From the NCBI RefSeq assembly GCF_001194135.2, contig NC_068984.1:82219949-82283948 (forward strand): a stretch of 64,000 bases of DNA, read 5' to 3'. The first letter of the stretch is position 1. Every line of letters begins with the position of its first letter. This DNA comes from Octopus bimaculoides (Eukaryota). A program made the position numbers and the translations under genes. This document shows, in pieces, positions 49,389-62,660 of the stretch. A model generated the notes under the pieces. The model was given only the letters and a program-made list of their open reading frames with translations, had not been told where the DNA came from and ran no database searches.

Positions 49389-50832
49389 AGTGGGTGTTTT
49401 GACATGTTGGCAAAATTAGTGCTTTTAGTCTTACTTCAATAAAATTAATACCAGACAAACTAAAGAGGATAATATATTCAACCTAATCCTTTAAACACAA
49501 TGCTCCAGTATGACCACTGTTCAGTTACTGAACCTAATAAAATACTAAAATAAACCCCAATTTTCCGTTTTGTTATCGTTCAGAGCTTTAGAAAATGACA
49601 ACTTGGTGTATAATGCAATCTGAAATATATTCTAGTCACATGCTCTCGTCTCAAGTACCATCATGTCAGTTTTAATGTGTCAATTTAGTCTTCCTGGTAT
49701 TTTACTTAGTTTGCATTTTAAAGACTCTTCTTTGTATTTGATCAGCTCTGCTCACATCTCCTTTAGTCAAAAGCGTAGAAATTTGCTCATAATATTTTTG
49801 TATTACATATAAACTAACAACAACCCAGTAGTTGTTGCTGTGTAGCCTGAGTTGGCCCTTATCAAGTAGATCTATAATCAAAGATATTTTGGCCGTGATC
49901 ATCCAGTCTTTTTTTTTTATATATAACTTTTTTTATGAGCATTGCATTACATTATTCATTATCTTCCTTTTTTAAGAAGGTAGAGTAAATTTTGAGAAAA
50001 TTGGCTGCTATTTCCAGTAGGTAAAGTGACTGCATAAAAGATCTCTCAATTGGCTTATATTCTAATAACAGTTAGTGACTGTCCCAAATCATATATTGTA
50101 TCAAATATGTCCTTCAACTTAGTGAAATTTGGTTCACTTGTAGATATTGCAGATATCTTGATGTCAGATGCCATTGTCAAAATCTTATTATCATCAATAA
50201 AAGGCTGAATGAAATACCTTGCAGTATTTAGTTACAGTGATTTACATTCTGAGTTCAAATTTCATTGGAGTTGGCTTTCCAGATCAAATAAAATACCAGT
50301 CTATTATTTGGATTGATATAATCCACTTTTCTTCCCTCCAAATTTTTATGACCTAGTGAATATGTAAGAAATCAATATTGTTTTTGGCATTAGGAAAGGC
50401 ATCCATCTGTAGAAACCATGCCAAAGCTGACTGTGAAGCTTGGCACAGTCCTTTGGTTCACTACCTCCTGTTGACCCATCCAACTTTTGCCAGTATGGAA
50501 AACAAATGTTAAATGGTGGCAGTGCTGGGGGACAAGGAGGAGGAGGAGTGGCAGAATTGGTAGAGTGGTGGAGAAAATGCCATAAAGTATTTAGTTATGA
50601 TCTTAGTTCAAATCCTACTGTAACCAATTTTGTTTTTCTTAACATTGATAAAATAAATATCAGTCAAGCAGTGTGTCTATTTTTATTAACTGTAGGCGTA
50701 CCTCAGAATGTGGTGTTTTGTTTCTATGTTAAAAATCATTCATATTATTAATTAGATTAGGGCATTGAGTTAGAATGTTATGCTAAATACCTTAGAATCT
50801 TAGAATAATATTTACTTTTGTTCTACTTTCTG

Positions 50833-51125
50833 AATTTATATAACTTGTAATTGTAGCTCTTTGTGTGGCTGAGGGCATGTCTGAAAGGGCCATTATGAAC
50901 AGTAGTGGTCTCATAACAGTGCCTTGTGGAACACGGCTCACTATTTGCATGTCATTGGAGGTGGCCTCATTGGCTACTACAACCTGACTTCTATCGTTCA
51001 GAAAGTCATGAAGCCATTCTCCCAATTTTCAGACTATACCGAGATCATGCAGTTTGTGACATATCATTTCCATGATCGAGTTTATCAAAGGCCTTTGCAA
51101 AGTCAAGATATATCACTTCCAAATT
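50833..51125 (-). mobile_element. RT fragment of the same LINE family
   Basis: EVIYLDFAKAFDKLDHG ... WLHDFLNDRSQVVVAN ... VPQGTVMRPLLFI. Confidence 0.88.
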
Positions 51126-51613
51126 ATATATATATATATATANNNNNNNNNNNNNNNNNNNNNNNNNNNNNNNNNNNNNNNNNNNNNNNNNNNNNNNNNN
51201 NNNNNNNNNNNNNNNNNNNNNNNNNNNNNNNNNNNNNNNNNNNNNNNNNNNNNNNNNNNNNNNNNNNNNNNNNNNNNNNNNNNNNNNNNNNNNNNNNNNN
51301 NNNNNNNNNNNNNNNNNNNNNNNNNNNNNNNNNNNNNNNNNNNNNNNNNNNNNNNNNNNNNNNNNNNNNNNNNNNNNNNNNNNNNNNNNNNNNNNNNNNN
51401 NNNNNNNNNNNNNNNNNNNNNNNNNNNNNNNNNNNNNNNNNNNNNNNNNNNNNNNNNNNNNNNNNNNNNNNNNNNNNNNNNNNNNNNNNNNNNNNNNNNN
51501 NNNNNNNNNNNNNNNNNNNNNNNNNNNNNNNNNNNNNNNNNNNNNNNNNNNNNNNNNNNNNNNNNNNNNNNNNNNNNNNNNNNNNNNNNNNNNNNNNNNN
51601 NNNNNNNNNNNNN

Positions 51614-51652
<39 letters not shown>

Positions 51653-51835
51653 GTATATATATACATGTATATATATATGTATGTATATATATATATGTAT
51701 ACATATATGTATATATATACATGTATATATATATGTATGTATATATATATGTATACATATATGTATATATGTATGTATATATGTGTGTATGTATATATGT
51801 GTGTATATATATATATATATATGTGTGTATATATA

Positions 51836-51877
<42 letters not shown>

Positions 51878-51890
51878 CATACACGCACAC
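51125..51890. repeat. (TA)n/(TATG)n complex microsatellite spanning an N gap
   Basis: Read directly; it is the source of several spurious YI-repeat ORFs. Confidence 0.95.
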
Positions 51891-52279
51891 ACGACTAAGG
51901 AAAGGCAGCCATGTCTTTTAAGAAAAGTCATCCACTGTAAGAATATGTTCATATTATATACCAGCCAGCTACCTAGCTGTTGTTTGGTTTGTAGGGAATA
52001 TAAAAGAAACCAAAGTAATGAAAATGGAAAATAACAGCTAAAATAGTATATTCTATTACAGTTACAGAATAGGGAAAAATATATGCTTCACCAGTTAACG
52101 ATTTAATTTAGTTGTAGCAAATTTGATTGAACACAATTATGTAATATTACTTATAATTTGAGATTCAGCTTCAATATCAAGAATAAATGCTCAAAAAAGG
52201 CAACTGTTACACACTACATGAATGAACATAGTGTTTCACAAGTCTTTCATAAATTTTATACATATAAAGTAGCAGAAAT

Positions 52280-52520
52280 AGTGAAGTAATCTTGCAATGG
52301 GGAGTGGAGTTCCCGATATTTCCGGTAATTTCATACAGAATCCTTCTTCAGACTTGAAATGACAAAGAAAACAGGAAAGACATAAGTGTTTTTACATCCT
52401 CATACATAGAGAATGTAAAAGTTTTCTGTCTTTCTTTTCTTCCTCTGTCATTTCAACCTTGAAGAATGACTCTCTCCAAAATATTGGAAGCTCTACCGCC
52501 CACTGCAATATTAATTCACT
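52280..52520. repeat. Foldback palindrome of about 240 bp (MITE-like)
   Basis: The two arms pair along nearly the whole length, centred near 52405. Confidence 0.85.
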
Positions 52521-53712
52521 CTTTCTGTCACTTTTTGAAACAATACAAGTCTTTCTAATACAAACCACTTCCAGTTTCCTTGGATTCTATCGTGTGTGCA
52601 CGCACGCATGCATGCATATGTGTATAAGCATGTATGTAAGTATGTGTTGCAGTGGAGTATGCATCTAAAATATTCCTATAATTTTATACTCCTGGCTTCT
52701 CATGTGTTTTCAATGAATAACTTGAAGTATAAAGTAAAGTGATGTAGTTGTTCAAGAATTCTGCACTGAATCAAAAATGCAGTTTCAAATAGTGATGTGT
52801 TTAGGAAATAATGTATTGTGAGGTCAGGTGTTCTCTACTTATTTGAGTGATATAACTATTGAGCTGGCTGCTATCCTGCATGAGTGATTGATACAAAAAA
52901 AATGATGTCTTAGTTGATATATCGTTGTTGTCGTCTCCCATTTTTGTTGCTGTGTCTGCTGGGATTATGATTATTGGTATCGTGGCATACTTTTACATTG
53001 AGCAAACCAACAAAGCAATAGGCCTTGTTATATACCTGTGCACTAAAGATTAATTGGTCTAGAATGTAATGTCACAGAACCACTACTGGTTCTGTTGTTT
53101 CTATGGAAGCTGCTGCTGCTAATGAAGTAGGTGCACCAGTTGGTTTGTTGAGAAAACTTGACATGGGCTGATGCTGGCATGAGTTGGTCTGAGTAGACAA
53201 CGTAAATCTGTGGATTTAAGTTTGCATCAATGGCACACCATGAGACATTTAATGCAACTTCATAAATAAATTTTACTTTTACTTTTCAATTTCTCATTAG
53301 CTCTTATGTTTTCAAATGAATAAAGGAATAATTAATGAATATAAGATTTAATTCCACTATTCCCCTATTACAAAATAACAACAAAAACAACTGTAAAACG
53401 AGAAATATAACTTGTGTATTTCTCCTGGCTCTCTGCTTTGTAAGTTCAAATTCTGTTGAGGTCAACTGTGCCTTCTGTCCTTTCAGGTTCAATAAATAAA
53501 TTACCAGTCCAGGATAGTGGGTTGGTGAAATTGTTAGGACATTGGATGAATACTTTCTGTGCATTCTGAGTTCAAGCTCCTACTAGACCACCATTATAGT
53601 GAAGTAGCCTCTTCTGGATAGGCTAGGAAACCCCCAAAAAGCATCAGACTTCAAAAGAGTACATTCTTATGGCGGTAGGACAATCTAAGGGCACAAAGTC
53701 CTGAATAAATAA

Positions 53713-53936
53713 TTATAATAATAATCCTTTCTACTATAGGCACAAGGCCTGAAATTTGGGGGAGGGGGCTAGTATTACACTAACCCCAGTGCTTATCTGG
53801 TATTCAATTTATCAACCCTGAAAGGATGAAAGGCAAAGTTGATCTCGGCAAAATTTGAACTCAGAATGTAAAGACAAACGAAATGCTGCTAAGCATTTTG
53901 CCCAGCATGGTAATGCTTCTACCAGCTTGCTGCGTT
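53713..53936 (-). mobile_element. SINE family B, full length
   Basis: Minus strand reads ...ctggtagaagcattacc...cattctgagttcaaattttgccgagatcaactttgcctttcatcc...tttcaggccttgtgcctatagtagaaaggattatt, with (TAA)n flanks. Confidence 0.8.
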
Positions 53937-55224
53937 AATAATTATGATAATGATGGTAATGATGACAAAAATCATGATAACATTGTCTCTGCTGCAACTG
54001 ATGGCAACAGTTTCTCACTTCTTAGAGAGGAGATTTAATTTTAGACTATTGCTCATTAGTAAATCTATTAGAACAACCATAATATTGCTTAGTAGACTTT
54101 TAATTATTATTTCTTGTACTGTGGATTTACCATTTTGGTAAATGTATCAGTGAATGAGCTAATGAGTGCGATGCTATGTGGTCACTCAAACTCCCAGTAA
54201 TAGCAACCAAATCTCCTTCAAACAGCATTATGCCACCTTAAAAATGGATGGACACATTCAATAATGTAGTCAGTGGTATGCTTGGTCTAAAAAAAAAAAA
54301 GAATTCCATGGTCATGAATACAATGCTTTTGATCATAGGTCTGCTTAATCATGTCTGACCTGGAGCTAAATAATATTAACAATAGTGAGTGTAGAACCAA
54401 AGTAGACATGACATTCCCATTCTGTATGTGAGAAAGGGACTTGTACCCTGAGATAAACTACATCCATGACCCATTTTTGATAGTAATTATTTCATTTACC
54501 TCTCTATTAACATTTGTAAAACATGACTGTCATAATTACTTTACACTATCTTCTGAATTCAATGTGTTTAATCACCCATCAATACTAACATCAAACAGTA
54601 AAATAATTCATTTAGATAAGATGAATAGATAAAATGGTGAATCTTTGTTCTTTTGGTACAAGGAAAATTATCATAATCGTAATGTTGAGTTCATTGAATG
54701 AATCTACTTCAGTATATTACTGGTGTTTATTTTCTTATCCCAAGCTTATTGAAGATGCTGATGGTAAGGGTTCTAGTTACAGCAGTGATTGAGGTCGTGG
54801 TGATGATCCAGACTGTGAAGATTCTGTACCATTTACTATTGAAATATTCTATACTTTGATTACTGTTCTTCTTTGAACACTTAACCATTTGGCACCAATG
54901 ATGAGTTAATGAGAAAATGGTGTTCAGTCCCAATTCACTTTTCAGTTTTGACAATGGTGACAATGAGTGATGCTGATGTACTCCAGTGAATTGTGACTAC
55001 GATGAATATAGCATAGAGTTAGCTAAGTGAACATTTATCAATGAAGTATAGGACTGGTTTCAGTGGAACCTTGTCATTATGTGAACTTTCTTATATGAAA
55101 ACTGTGATCCTAGATACTAGAAAATTGTTCCAGGAGAAATTTAGCTACTGTGCTTGCAATTCAAAGAAGGTTTATTCAGTTCTTTCACTAGTTCTTTTTG
55201 TATCAGCCAATGCTATTGTTGTTG

Positions 55225-55395
55225 TTTTTTTGTTTAGTCCCAGGCCAACCCTGATTGATCAAACTTATGATCAAAAACATTTGGGATGTCCCATACTTTT
55301 AAGTATATCTTAGAATTTCTTTTTTAAGATGCTATGGTGTAACTTGAAGGTGATTTACTATTGTTTCTAGCAGGTCAGATAGCTTTGTAGTGGTT
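55225..55395 (+). repeat. Abundant old interspersed repeat, family C (other copies at about 330-520, 3390-3560, 9105-9275, 10150-10360, 34560-34715, 37915-38060 and 57537-57700; inverted copies at about 33900-34130, 38100-38300 and 54165-54370)
   Basis: Recurrent motifs gtttagccccaggtcag...tgatcaaa...ggtgtgatttg...gatttggctgctatttctagc. Class not determined. Confidence 0.7.
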
Positions 55396-56656
55396 GGCTT
55401 AATTGTTGCTGTTGTTATCATTTTTTGTGTTGTTAAATGAGGACATCATTTGGCATACATTCCTATCATTCTCCTCTCGTTAATCCAGAGATTAATGAGA
55501 TCTGGATTAATTATTATTTATTTGCTATTTGGAAAATAGATAAAGCTCATTCTGATGCTAATTCACCATATTCTGTTTTATGACCCATGACTAAAAAGGT
55601 CGTAGTTATGGCAATCAGTTGGGAACCCAATTATGTGAGTGTATATTAAATCAAAGAACAAGATTAAAAAAAAAAAGACACAAATTCAGGCAATGATAAC
55701 ATTCTGGAAGATAATGTACTTCAGCTTCATATTTCTATAGTTAATTTCTTATTGTATTGAGCTATGTTATCTTCCTGTTTATTTATCAAACATAGGGTAT
55801 GTAAAACTACATTATCCACAATGGAGACAGCATTGATTTTTGGTGTATTTTATAATAACTGAGAGTATTTCATTTTCTGTTATCCAACCAATGCCAATAT
55901 CATCAAAATGATGATAATGATGACGACTGTACTTTATATTGAAAAATACTTACTTTTTCTCTATTTTGTCTCTTGTACTTTCTCTGTATTTTTGTGTTCA
56001 TTTTCTCTTGTACTCAATGCTTAAGAACATTGTGTTCTCTCTCTGACGATACTGTTGGAGGTTTTGTTGTCTGTTATTATTGTTATTCAGAAATCTTACT
56101 CATCTATGGAATTTATAATGTCATCAGTGTATTCAAGTAAGCACTTAGGAATGACTCATAGCTATGTTGGACTGTAAAGAAGCTTATTATTTGGTTAATA
56201 TTGTAACTGTGACTATCCCGATTTTGTTTAGTTGATATTAAGCTGAGAGTTAATTATCTGTGATCTTGGTATCCAATATGGTAAGCTTTCAAATCTTGAC
56301 CATTGTATCTGTGTGATGATGGTTGTGCTTGGGTTTAAAACTTGCAGCCTTAGATCTTGACACTTATGATAGTGGGAAATATTAAGATAAAAGAAGATAT
56401 TGGCTTAAATATGTATTTTACACCCTTCAAAAGACCATTCAACCTCCATTGGTAAAAACACATGTGCATACAGTGTTGATTATAAATGAACAACATTTGA
56501 AATATAAATAGATGGATGTGAAATGTAAACATTATATTAAAGTATTCTCAGATGATTATATTAATAGGTCAAGTTTAATATCTCTAATCCTCACTGAGTA
56601 TCTCTATAGTAATTTACTAATGCACTGTCAATCAGAATTATGTGTAACAGCTATTC

Positions 56657-56688
<32 letters not shown>

Positions 56689-59600
56689 TTCTTTCTATCT
56701 TTGTTGTTATTGCTTTGTTCTTTAATCAAAATAAAGCAGATATATAAAAAAAAAACATCAACTCAAATGGTATTCTCTCAACAGGACATTTTTTTTTTTT
56801 GTAACATTGCTCATCTGTTGAACAGAACTTCACTAATTTGATCCAACTAAAGAATTACATACTATGGTCAGGAATGATTCAGTATGATGTGTTTGTGTTA
56901 TGTAATGTAATGAAATGAAATACTGTCATGACATTTCCAGTGGGATGTTATTGTGTTACATGCTATGTTATGTAGTATATAAAACTGTAGGGTAGGGAAT
57001 GTTATGTATAAAAATGGTATGGAATAGTGAGATATGCTATACTTTGCAATGTTATAATGTAAGAAATGGTATGATAAAATGAAATATAGTTTTGAAGGAG
57101 AATGTAATATAGAGTATTATCCAATGCAGTTAAAGAAATTGGGATAAATTATGATATAGTGTATTATGATATAGATATATCAAATTACCTAATATGAAAT
57201 GATGTATATGAATATATTCATGATGTAAAGAGGCTTCATTAACTTAAAAAAGGACTTTTAAAGGCTAACTTTATCTTTGAGTTATTACCATTAAGTTAAT
57301 ATGTGTTTACTCTTTCAATGGAGCTGATGCTGGTCTGTTTCAGGAAGAACTCTCAACATATAGAATATCATTTCTTGAAAGCTAGATTAACTTAGGCACA
57401 TGTAAATTAAGTGTATTGTCCAAATACACAGCAAAATAATGCAGTGGAATTGAACTCACGACAATAAGAGTAATAGGCCAATATCAAAGTTACTTGGCCA
57501 TTTCATTTCTTCTGAATGTTGAAATACATTATATGTTGTTGTTTAGCCCCAGGTCAGACTTGTTTGAACACTGAAAGGCACTGCAACCATGATCATCCTG
57601 TCTTTTTTCTAGACAAAAAAGCAGTGTATCTAGGACTATATCATCCAATATGTCCTTCATTCTTTAAGATGGGTATGTGATCTGTAAGTAGTTTGATTCA
57701 CAAAGTAGACTATGAAATAACAAAATAAGTCATGGTATGAGATTATATTAAATAGAATGAGATATGGTTTGGTATTATAAACTATGGTTCATTATGACAT
57801 TATTTTTCTCAGACATTGGAGTATTTCGCATCACATCAGCTAGTGTATTATTAACTATTTTAAGGTGGCAGGATTTGATTGCAATTTCTAGCAGATCAAG
57901 CAACTGTATTGTAACTCTCATTGACTTGTTAAGGGTAGTGTAAAAATTGCAAAGAGGACAGACAACCAGTGAATTGTTCTCTTTTTAAATCCTTCTATTG
58001 AAATTATGACAAAGCATAAAATATATCTTGGTAAATCAGCAAGAAATTCCTGCAGACTAATAAGTTTCAGCAAACAAGAGCAAAATTAAATCAAAGAACA
58101 TTTTGGACTGTCAAAATTGCTAACATTGAATTTCTCCCTGTCATTGTTAAAGAATAAACAAAATAAAAGAGTCCTAGAGATATAAAAAAGACAAGACATC
58201 ATAGCTGGAAGACTTTTGAGTGTAGATCTGTTCAACCAGGGCTGTTTTGGGCCTAAACAACAACAAAAACATCCTGCAATATGATTCTGATAACTTAGCT
58301 ATTCTAGTCAGTACCCAAAATAGTAACTCTACTCTTCACAGATTTAAATAGCACTACATTTTTCTTGTTTAATGCAAAGTAAAAAAAAAAAACAGAATTA
58401 AAGCATTCCTGTTCTCTATAAATAGTAGTCTTCACAAACTTTAATAAGCTTTCTTGTTGTCCACAGATTCTTCATATATCCAAGGCTGCTTTACAAAAAA
58501 AAAAATGGAAACTTGTGATGGTCTGCACTAGTGACAATCAATACAAGTTCATATGGTCACAGAGTTAGCTATGTAGCTAAGGAATTCACTTTGCAGACAC
58601 ATGGTTTCCAGTTCCGTCCCACTGTGTATCGTGTCTTTTATCATAGCCTTGGATTGAATAAAATCTGGAAAATGAAAATTGTGTGAGGCCCATTGTTAGT
58701 AAATGTGTGTGTGTGTGTGTGTGTGTGTGCTTCATCTAGTGATGACACTGTCATTCTTGTCTGAAGTGTAGTCACCCAGTGATTGACTTGTTACAAAAAA
58801 ATCTGTAATCAATGATGCTATTATTTGCAAATTGCAGTAAAAAAATATCAAATATCTGAGACAGCGCACACCTACACATTGACGTTTTGGGTCATATTCA
58901 AGAAAAAGCTATCTGTCTAATAGCCACTATTTCATTTTTTAATTGTATTTCCTCTCTTACTGTTAAACTACTCTCACAGTGGTCTATGCTCCACTGAAAA
59001 GGCTTGCTCTGTATCACCACCCCCCCCAACCTAAGTCTATTTCTTGCACATGTCTACCAATATAGAGAAAGAAAAGAAAGGACAAAAGATGCTGCAGCAC
59101 GGAGAGAAAGAGATCAAAGAGAGAGGGAAAATAAAAAACAGAAGTTATTATTGATGGGTGAGGGGGTAATTTGTGGTATAGTTTGTTGACAAAAACATCA
59201 TACATGGATTTTTTCTTAGTGATTCACATAATGCAAATGTAAATCTGTGTCAGTTTGTGCTAACATAGAATATGGTAGTAAAGCTATTGTAAGGTTTACC
59301 ATGTCTTTTATTTAAAATGTTAGAAAGTCATTTTTAGAGTTTCCAAAATTTTTCTTACCTCTATGACTTTTCATTTTATCCTTCTATGATTGATAAAATA
59401 ACACCGGTTAAATAATGAGTTAAATCAACAACTACACTTCAAAATTTGTGGCCTTGCTTCAATGTTAGAAATCTTAGAAACATATATTTGTATTGTATGT
59501 GTATAATGCATGTACACAGGAATGTATGTGTTTATTCATGTATATCATTTATGTATGTGTTCAACATATGTGTAAGGTGGTTGAGATACCTATAACATTC

Positions 59601-59968
59601 TTTGTGTTTTCAGTTAATCAACTCTAATCTCCTCATCACACTATTTCCCTTTCCATCTACAACTTTGTTGAAGTGTCTTACCTCCTTTATCTTTCTCTTT
59701 CCCACTATGCAAAGAGAGAAAGAGAAGTATGGTGAAGAGAGACTAAAAAAAAAAATTTTTAAACAGAGAGTTTGATATCATACAAATTTACTGCTGCCAT
59801 CACCACCATCCCTCTCTTCATATATGTCTTTTATTCTCTGTTTCCATTTTATTTCATTATTCCAAAGAAAGAGAAAGAGATTGGCATTACAACCTTATTT
59901 CAGTTTTCTATTTTTCTACATCTACTTCTTTGGGAGTGAGGAATATTTGGCTACTATTTCTCAAATGT

Positions 59969-60035
<67 letters not shown>

Positions 60036-60589
60036 AAATCTTTTCGAATTGGGTAACCATGTAACCCTCCTACAAGACACCTGTTGTTATTCCTCTAACA
60101 TACTTTGACCTCTGATCACTTGACATGTAGCCACTTCCCTCCAAACTACTCCCTACTCAGTTAAGAGGTTTTGCTGTACGAGGTATTTGGTGACCTAATC
60201 GGTATCAGCACCACCTAAAAAGCACCCAGTACACTCTGTAAAATGCTTGGCATTAGCAATGACATCCATCTGTAGAAACCATGCAAAAGCAGACCTTGGA
60301 ACTTGGTGCAGTCCTCTGGTTCACCAGCTCCTGTTGAATCAGCCAACCAGCATGGAAAATGAACGTTAAATGATGAGGAGGAGGATACATGCATGCAGCT
60401 GTGTGATTAAGAAGTTTACTTCTCATCAATGTTGTTTGGGGTCCAGTCACTGTGTGGGACTATTACCTTTAGAAATTTTTCTACTATACCTCCATGCTGA
60501 TTAAAGCCTTTTGAATGTATTTGATTGACCAAAACTGAAAGAAGCCCATCAAATTTATATATGTATGCATGTGAGTATATACATACATG

Positions 60590-60654
<65 letters not shown>

Positions 60655-60779
60655 TGTGTGTGTGAAGTTTGCAGTAGCAAGTTGTTACACACACACACAC
60701 ACATATTTATGTATATATATAAATATGGAGAAAGGGAGGGAGGGGTATTATATACACACTATAAACATATGTACATACA

Positions 60780-60835
<56 letters not shown>

Positions 60836-61007
60836 TACACTTGTTCATTTTGAAACAGATATGGCTCACATTAATATATCTCGGTTTTCATTAAATTGAT
60901 TCTAAGTTTGATTACATTGTCTCTTGTCCTATAATGTCATTATTATATATCATTCTTATAATTTTGCATATGTTGAGATTCATGAATCGCATTCATTCCG
61001 TTTTCAG

Positions 61008-61153
61008 ACGCTACAGACGCAGTATGGGTGAAGAAACAGAACCTGCTGATGATGATATGGAAGTGATGGATGAACGGATGGCAGCTTTGGTCCTTACAAG
61101 CTTGTCCTGTAGCCCAGCTTCTCCAAAAATCCCTGCTATGTTTGGAGAAAGAA
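61008..61153 (+). CDS. ZNF704: Coding exon of a ZNF704/ZNF395/SLC2A4RG (Glut4EF)-family zinc-finger/C-clamp transcription factor, conserved region 1
   Basis: Translates to RYRRSMGEETEPADDDMEVMDERMAALVLTSLSCSPASPKIPAMFGER, matching the family box (ZNF395 MDEMMAAMVLTSLSCSP, recalled). Acceptor ttccgttttcag ends at 61007 and donor gtatgt starts at 61154 (phase 2 in, phase 1 out). The symbol names the family; an invertebrate gene would be co-orthologous to all three vertebrate paralogues. Zinc-finger and C-clamp exons were not found in the window. Confidence 0.85.
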
Positions 61154-62489
61154 GTATGTTTAAGCTAATTATATATTTCATATTTTACACGAATGACCAT
61201 TGATATTTATATTTGTATTTTTACATTAGCTGCTCCCCTCCAAATCCTCAACTAATACATGTAGGATGAGTGTGCAAATTCATCTAGTGGCATGCTAGTT
61301 TTAATGCTAAACATTCAAATGCATAGAGATTAATAATACTTGTACTTGGATGCCTTTAGTTTGAGTAGTTAACTGAGAGGTATGGCAATATGTTAACACC
61401 ACCACTTGATAGCTGGTACTTGTGCCATAACATAAACATAAACATTCTGACCAGATTCCCTAATTCTCTTCTCACTCACATTTTTCCTGCAGATGTTCAG
61501 GCTGGCCATCAATCACATCAGCCTGATAGGACCTGCAAAAGTCATGCACATTGCTTTCTTCCTCTATACAGTTTACAGAAAGCAACATTTGATTTTTGAA
61601 GTTATAATGGTTATAGCAGGGTTTGTATCTGAAGGTCTATCTTACAGTTATCTAATATATTAAACACTAAGCTCACACTTCTGAAAGTTGATTTAGCTGA
61701 TGGCAGCTTTGATATATTATTACAATGCTGATATTTCATACATCACCATCTAACCCAGATTTTTGTCAATACTCTAAAAGAGTCAAGTGTTATGACAATG
61801 TTAATTGGGTAGTATTTTGTCTAAAGATAAGTTACAACTTGGTTTCAGTAATGCAACTGGTGCCCTCACAAAGAGAACAGTGTTCTAAAAAGTAGTTTTG
61901 TTATTATACTGTTGAGTGCTTTTGTTTGTTTGTTTGTGTTTCTGTATGTTTTAATCAAAATATAGATTTCAGTAAATTTAGTTTTTGCTGTTGTTTATCA
62001 ATAATAAAACTGAATCCTTTACAGAGTAAGCAAAGTTTGAAGGAAACCTTCATATGACAAGCAAGCTTTCTAACAATTTATTCTGCTGACATATATTACT
62101 TCATTTGTCTTGGTTGTTACAGTTTGTCAACCTGTCTGTCATACCTAGCATTCAAGTCCTCTAAGGTCATCTTCGCCTTTCATATTTTCAGATTCAATAA
62201 AATAAAGCACCCACCTTATTACTGAAGCTGATAGCATCAAGTAACCCCTCCCATCAAAATTGTTGGCTTCTGCTTAAATCATAAATTATTACTGAATGCA
62301 CATTATTACACTATTTTGCTCAAAGAATTTTTTTGAAAAATGCAGAAACCTTTTAAAATGTTTTTTGTCAAAAATCTTTAAGCAAGGGGGTTTTATTCCA
62401 TTGGACCATGTGTACATGCAAACATGCATGCAATGCATACATACATATAAATAAACAAACAATCAATCAATCAATCTCCAACATTGCTG

Positions 62490-62660
62490 TGAGCACTACA
62501 TCATTTGCAGAAGATGAATAATATAACACCAGCATTGCTCAAAAGAAGAAAAAGATTTCATCACCTTCAAACAATACTTGGACAAACTTCTTCAAAGAAT
62601 TCCAGGTAAGGCACCTACACCTGGATACATCTTAGTCAACAACAACTCCCTACTTGAATG
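62490..62660 (+). mobile_element. CR1-group LINE ORF2 C-terminal remnant
   Basis: FKQYLDKLLQRIPGKAPTPGYILVNNNSLLEW resembles a typical ORF2 terminus. Confidence 0.55.

Noticed and set aside
51045-52034. Long YI/CV-repeat ORFs here and at 20749-21614, 26555-27453 and 49083-49458
   Set aside because: They are translations of microsatellites and N gaps.
52921-53240. Coding-like composition (also at about 29400-29720, 32470-32790 and 54700-55000)
   Set aside because: All frames have stops and no confidently recognisable motif. These are probably old transposon remnants, but I could not assign them.
61493-61599. Acceptor ttttcctgcag as the next ZNF704-family exon
   Set aside because: The phase-compatible frame (NVQAGHQSH...) has no family similarity and hits a stop before any good donor.
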